In this document: positions 59,595-64,000 of the stretch, piece by piece
Position numbering within the stretch: the stretch's first letter is position 1
Layout of the letters: every line of letters begins with the position of its first letter
Made by a program: the position numbers and the translations under genes
The notes under the pieces: generated by a model
What the model was told of the DNA's origin: nothing
What the model saw: only the letters and a program-made list of their open reading frames with translations
Databases searched by the model: none
Source of the DNA: Gemmatimonadota bacterium
GTDB lineage: Bacteria > Gemmatimonadota > Gemmatimonadetes > Gemmatimonadales > GWC2-71-9
DNA length: 64,000 nucleotides
NCBI GenBank assembly: GCA_036679605.1
Contig: JAZDCZ010000251.1
Span: 32,001 to 96,000, forward strand
Direction of reading: 5' to 3'

Positions 59595-62211
59595 GTTTGT
59601 TTACCTCTGCTCGAGCAATGGCTCCCGCCGCGGGATAGTCCCCCGACGCAAGCGTTGCCTCGATCTTGTGAATTCTGATGAGTGGCACCTGGCTCTTGTC
59701 GAGCCCGAGCGCCGCCTCTAGCACCTCGGTCGGCTTTACCGAAAGCCCGTTCTCGGTGGTCAGTTGCAGGACGATCTCGTCCGCCGCTACCACCGCGAAT
59801 TCGTGTACTAGGGGTCTAATGTCAATTTCGCGCCGCCGTCTCCTGCGCTCTCTAATGATTACGCAAGACGGTGCCGCCATGAATGCCGCGGCCGCTTGGG
59901 TCATAGATCCAAGCGTTGTATCAAACGGGGAACTGGGAAACCGCGCAACGTATGTGCTGCGTTCGATTCCCACTACCAGCGATTCCCCCTTGTGAGGCAT
60001 AGCCGCCGCGACGGTAAATGCTATGCCTACTGCAACATGTGTGTTCAAATTCTCCAACAGCGTTGCCAATCGACTCTCCGGCCACTCGCCCGCAAGTTCG
60101 ACGTCGATCCATTCGCTGTCGGATGTCCAGCCGAGCGCCAGCGGTGGACCAGCGGAGACCTTGGGACGGGGAGAGTAGCCTTCGCTGTAGAGGACCGGCA
60201 GCTCCGCGCGCCTCAATGTGCGCTCCAGCTCACGTAGCAAGTCGAGATGTGAGATGAAACGCACCTCATCGCCCTTGGCATAGCCCAAGCGTACGGTCGT
60301 GCCAGGGATCCCTTGCAGCAAACCGACGGCGGGTTCAGGCCTAGGTGTGCTAACCGGCGCTGCCAGAAGGTTGCGCATTGCCTCGAAGTCGCACACTCCG
60401 CACGCGGTACAGCGTTGATGCTTGCACTCGTCGGTTTCGCCAGCCTGATAGGCTTTGTGACGCTCCTTCAAGAAATACTTGCGATCGATCTTGTAGCTCA
60501 CGACTTCCCACGGCAGTTCCTCCTCTTCGCCGATCTCCCTGAACATGTCGGATATGGTCAGTCCGTTTTCCGTAAGCGCCTCGTCCCAAAAACCAAAGTT
60601 GCAGTGTTCGCTCCAGCCGTCGAACCGTGCACCGCGCCGCCATGCGCCCTCGATGACATTCGCTATTTCCCGTCCGCCACGTGAGATAACTCCCTCGATT
60701 GCCGTGTCTGCGCTCTCGTGATGCCGGATCTCGACGCCTTTTCCCTTGAGCCGGCGTTTTACCCATGCAAGCTTGGTGCGAGTGTCGTCGATCGTGTCCT
60801 GGCGCTCCCACTGAAACGGGGTATGTGCCTTGGGCACGAAGGGCGAAAAGCCAAGGGTTACCTGGCGGCGCCCGGGGTGCTGCTTGAGAATGGCTTTGAT
60901 TTTTTCCACCAGCTGCGCCAACTCCTCGAAATCCTCTTCGCATTCGGTCGGGTGGCCGATCATGAAGTAGAGTTTCACGCTGGTCCAACCCGCTTGCATA
61001 GCGCTCTCCACCGCCGAGAGAATGTCCTCTTCGGTAATGCCCTTGTTGATCACGTCGCGGAGGCGCTGGCTTCCTGCCTCTGGCGCGAACGTGAAACCCG
61101 ACTTGCGGACACGGCTCACCGCTTCCGCCAACCCGACACTGAACTTGTCGGCTCTAAGCGACGGGAGACTTACGCCTACGCCGCGGTCGACCATTGTGCG
61201 GCCCATACGGTCGGTGAGTTCAACCGCTTGCGAATAGTCGGCAGTAGAGAGAGAGAGCAGTGAGACCTCCTGCCAACCGGAATGCTTGATTCCCTGCTCC
61301 GCGATCTCTATGGTTTCGTCGACGTCGCGCTCCCGCGCCGGCCGATAGAGATAACCGGCCTGGCAGAACCGGCAGCCCCGCATGCAGCCCCGCATCACCT
61401 CGATGGGGAGTCGATCGTGTGTCGTCTCAGTTAGGCTGACCACCATCTCTCGCGGGTGGTCTTCCGGGCGTAGCACCGGGACTTTGCGCGCGATCACCGG
61501 AAACGGGGTGCCCTCCGGCGCATTCGCGCTGGGCCGAGGAGTTCTGCTGCCCTTGGGCACCTGGTACAGCGACGGCACGTAGATCCCGGGGACCTCCAAC
61601 GCCAACCGTTCCAGTAGCCGCGAGCGCGGCTCGCCACGCTTCTTCCAGTCGTCCACCAAACTCAGGATCTCGGGCAGCGCGTCTTCCGCATCACCTATCA
61701 GGGCCGCGTCGACAAACGGCGCCAGTGGTTCGGGGTTTGACGCGCACGGGCCACCTACCAAAACGATGGGATCGGTTTCGCTGCGGTTCTTCTGGCGCAG
61801 CGGAATGCGCGAGAGATCCAACACGTTCAGGAGATTGGTGTAGGTCAGCTCCGACTGGAGTGTGAAGCCCAGCAGATCGTAGTCTCGCGCCGGCCGTTGG
61901 TGCTGAAGCCCCCAAAGAGGAATGCCGCGGGTGCGGAGTTGCGCCTCCATGTCCGGCCACGGGGCGTAAACCCGGTCCAGCAGCCAGCGCGGGTCGCGAT
62001 TGACGATATGGTAGAGGATCTGGGTGCCGGTGTGGCTCATCCCGATTTCATAGGCATCGGGATAGCAGAGCAGGAATCGGACCTGTGCCTCGTCCCACTT
62101 CTTGGGGCTCAGTCCTAGTTCGTTTCCAACGTATCTATTTGGTTTAGAGACTAGCGGCAGGATCTCTTGTGAAAGGACCCTATCCAGCGCCTCGGGCGTC
62201 CAGCTTGTCAT
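59515..62211 (-). CDS. Radical SAM protein (TIGR03960-like) fused to the radical-SAM-linked DUF2344 domain
   Basis: RGCMRGCRFC CxxxCxxC; FAPEAGSQRLR; C-terminal FISHLD...SEGYSPRP; usual neighbour of rng-rplU-rpmA. Confidence 0.92.
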   Translation of the reverse strand: MTSWTPEALDRVLSQEILPLVSKPNRYVGNELGLSPKKWDEAQVRFLLCYPDAYEIGMSHTGTQILYHIVNRDPRWLLDRVYAPWPDMEAQLRTRGIPLWGLQHQRPARDYDLLGFTLQSELTYTNLLNVLDLSRIPLRQKNRSETDPIVLVGGPCASNPEPLAPFVDAALIGDAEDALPEILSLVDDWKKRGEPRSRLLERLALEVPGIYVPSLYQVPKGSRTPRPSANAPEGTPFPVIARKVPVLRPEDHPREMVVSLTETTHDRLPIEVMRGCMRGCRFCQAGYLYRPARERDVDETIEIAEQGIKHSGWQEVSLLSLSTADYSQAVELTDRMGRTMVDRGVGVSLPSLRADKFSVGLAEAVSRVRKSGFTFAPEAGSQRLRDVINKGITEEDILSAVESAMQAGWTSVKLYFMIGHPTECEEDFEELAQLVEKIKAILKQHPGRRQVTLGFSPFVPKAHTPFQWERQDTIDDTRTKLAWVKRRLKGKGVEIRHHESADTAIEGVISRGGREIANVIEGAWRRGARFDGWSEHCNFGFWDEALTENGLTISDMFREIGEEEELPWEVVSYKIDRKYFLKERHKAYQAGETDECKHQRCTACGVCDFEAMRNLLAAPVSTPRPEPAVGLLQGIPGTTVRLGYAKGDEVRFISHLDLLRELERTLRRAELPVLYSEGYSPRPKVSAGPPLALGWTSDSEWIDVELAGEWPESRLATLLENLNTHVAVGIAFTVAAAMPHKGESLVVGIERSTYVARFPSSPFDTTLGSMTQAAAAFMAAPSCVIIRERRRRRREIDIRPLVHEFAVVAADEIVLQLTTENGLSVKPTEVLEAALGLDKSQVPLIRIHKIEATLASGDYPAAGAIARAEVNKLEARDINFSYEPARDARGNYGGRSPC

Positions 62212-62452
62212 GGCTGGATAAGTATAAGTGGTGTGGTGATTTAGGTCAAATGTGGTGACCCACGAGTAAACTCGCGGCTCGGCAGCTTGTCGCTGAATCG
62301 ACCGAGACTCAAGCGTCGTCCTAACGGGTCGGGGATGGCGGGCGTCGCTTTAGCGACCCAGATATCGCGGCGGCCATGACAATCCGGGTTCCCGATACCA
62401 TATTGGATCGATCCCCCATCCCCCGGCACCGCCGTCACCCAGGAGACCTCTC

Positions 62453-63247
62453 ATGCACACAAGACACATCCTCCCGTTACTCGGAGCAATGGCGATCGCA
62501 ACACCGACGTCGGCGTTCGCCCAGTTCGAGGGCACGATCAAGATCCGTGAGATCTCCGTGACTCGCGATGCCTTGGTCCAACGAGGGTTCGACATGTCGA
62601 ACGCGATTTTCGATGTGCCGACCGAGCGGCTCCTAGCTCTCCGTGACAACCTCGTCCCCGACGGCGACATGACGATCGTCGAGACGGGAATCTACATCAA
62701 GGGTAACCTCATGCGGACTGACGTGACCGCGGGTGAGGGACCGGCATACGCAATAGTGGACTTGGAGTCTGGCACGATGCAGATGTTTAATCCCGAAGAG
62801 AAGTCCTATATCGAAATGACCAAAGAGGACATGGAGCGGATGCGCGCGATGGGTGGTGCCATGCCCATGACCTCAGCCAAGTTGGAGGTGACCGCGACGG
62901 GCATCACGAGAACGATCAACGGCATGACTTGCACGGCCTACGACGTGGCAACGGGCGAAGGAACCACGCGGGTGTGGGTGTCGAAAGACAATCCCGATAT
63001 AGTCGAGTCGTACAGGAGGTTCTCGGAACGTATGCAGATGATGAGCATGGACGAGGATGTGGATGAAGAGTACTTGGTGTCAAAGCACGGATTTCCCGTC
63101 CTAACACAGCGCCTCACCTACAGCATGTACGAGATCAACGAGGTCATGTCGGTGGAGCAGCAGTCGGTTTCCAACGATCTGTTCGAGCCGCCGGCTGGTT
63201 GGCGCAAGATGACGATGGCCGATATGATGCGGGGGAACAGACGTTAG
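62453..63247 (+). CDS. Secreted DUF4412-like protein
   Basis: Signal peptide AFA-QFEGTI; TGITRTINGMTCTAY; LFEPPAGW. Confidence 0.75.
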   Translation: MHTRHILPLLGAMAIATPTSAFAQFEGTIKIREISVTRDALVQRGFDMSNAIFDVPTERLLALRDNLVPDGDMTIVETGIYIKGNLMRTDVTAGEGPAYAIVDLESGTMQMFNPEEKSYIEMTKEDMERMRAMGGAMPMTSAKLEVTATGITRTINGMTCTAYDVATGEGTTRVWVSKDNPDIVESYRRFSERMQMMSMDEDVDEEYLVSKHGFPVLTQRLTYSMYEINEVMSVEQQSVSNDLFEPPAGWRKMTMADMMRGNRR

Positions 63248-63341
63248 CCCAACCCCGGGACCGAAGGCACGTCCGGAACACGAAACCGCTCGGCTGAGGA
63301 CAGCCCACCCGTCATTTCCTGCCCCTCGCTTCTCACGCAGG

Positions 63342-63530
63342 ATACTTTTCAGAGGCACGCTGCGACAAATTGCTGATTCGGGTTGTGCCGTGGTTGTCAC
63401 CGGCCATGAGGTGGAAACGTTGCTTGGCATTGCGGATTTGATTCTGTGGCAAACGGCGGGAACGACACATTACATCGGTAACCGCGCAGCAGCGACGATG
63501 CATGACCAGTTCAAGCGCGAATACCTTGGC
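63342..63530 (+). pseudogene. C-terminal fragment of an LptB-like ABC ATPase
   Basis: LRQIADSGCAVVVTGHEVETLLGIAD...QFKREYLG (H-loop and YLG end); no Walker motifs upstream. Confidence 0.6.
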
Positions 63531-63561
63531 AAAGCTCGGCTTTTGGTTTATCCAGTGACCG

Positions 63562-64000
63562 TCACCCCTGGCTCGGTCGATCCATCCTTACTAATAGCAC
63601 GGGTATGTCACGCTGTTCCACGAGCCGCGCGCCGACGCTGCCGGCCCAGATGGCCGACACTCCCTTGCGGCCGTGAGTTGCCATAACGATCAGATCGACC
63701 CCACTCTCCCTCGCTATTGCCAGTAGCTCTCGTGAGGAATCACCTCGAGCCACCAACGCGCGGACACTCAGTGTAGGGCTCTCCATTCTCGCCCGTACGT
63801 TTGCTAGGTACTTGGTCGCCTCAATCGCTTCGGCCTCCAGCAACGCTTCGGCTGCCTTGGGAGAGAGGCGTGTCGCCGCTCCCGACGTACCCGTTGCGGT
63901 TTCAACCGTAGGAACTACTTGCACCACTGTGAGTTCGCCGCCACTGGCCACGAGATCGACCGCATGATCGAGCGCGGCTTCTGCCGCGGGCTCCCCATTC
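63562..64000 (-). CDS. Universal stress protein (5' end outside window)
   Basis: VDLIVMATHGRKG...GSVGARLV...PVLLVR. Confidence 0.9.
   Translation of the reverse strand, partial: NGEPAAEAALDHAVDLVASGGELTVVQVVPTVETATGTSGAATRLSPKAAEALLEAEAIEATKYLANVRARMESPTLSVRALVARGDSSRELLAIARESGVDLIVMATHGRKGVSAIWAGSVGARLVEQRDIPVLLVRMDRPSQG

Noticed and set aside
59515..62211. Radical SAM protein as a RiPP maturase
   Set aside because: It belongs to the housekeeping family usually found next to rng-rplU-rpmA; no precursor peptide or RRE/SPASM context.

Overview
64 kb of GC-rich bacterial chromosome. Gene content and protein style suggest a Gemmatimonadota-like organism; that is an inference. From left to right: a HEAT-repeat gene, a PAS protein, tRNA-Leu(CAA), a PIN toxin-antitoxin (TA) pair and an ECF sigma/anti-sigma/Spy-like operon. 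Next is a TetR(PaaR)-controlled aromatic-CoA catabolic operon built round a lone BoxB-like di-iron enzyme. That operon is split by a ~7.9 kb repeat-bounded island carrying a decayed gasdermin-like fragment, two beta-propeller lipoproteins, a secreted Cys-rich peptide, an S41 protease, IS30/IS3 relics, a frameshifted AraC-like regulator and vapBC. Housekeeping and transport genes, an M16 peptidase pair and two more TA pairs follow. A ~25 kb signalling super-cluster then holds multi-PAS kinases, receiver proteins, an RsbR-S-T-T-X stressosome wired to an RsbU_N-histidine kinase fusion, a NarX-like sensor, a sigma54 activator with a candidate promoter and an HD-GYP protein. It shows recent internal duplications and two frameshifting deletions. 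The window ends with rpmA, rplU, rng, a radical SAM gene, a secreted DUF4412-like gene, an ABC-ATPase relic and a universal stress protein. The best candidates for undescribed systems are the peptide/propeller/S41 island, the stressosome-to-kinase wiring and the BoxB-only pathway. All family calls come from motif recognition by eye; no searches were run.
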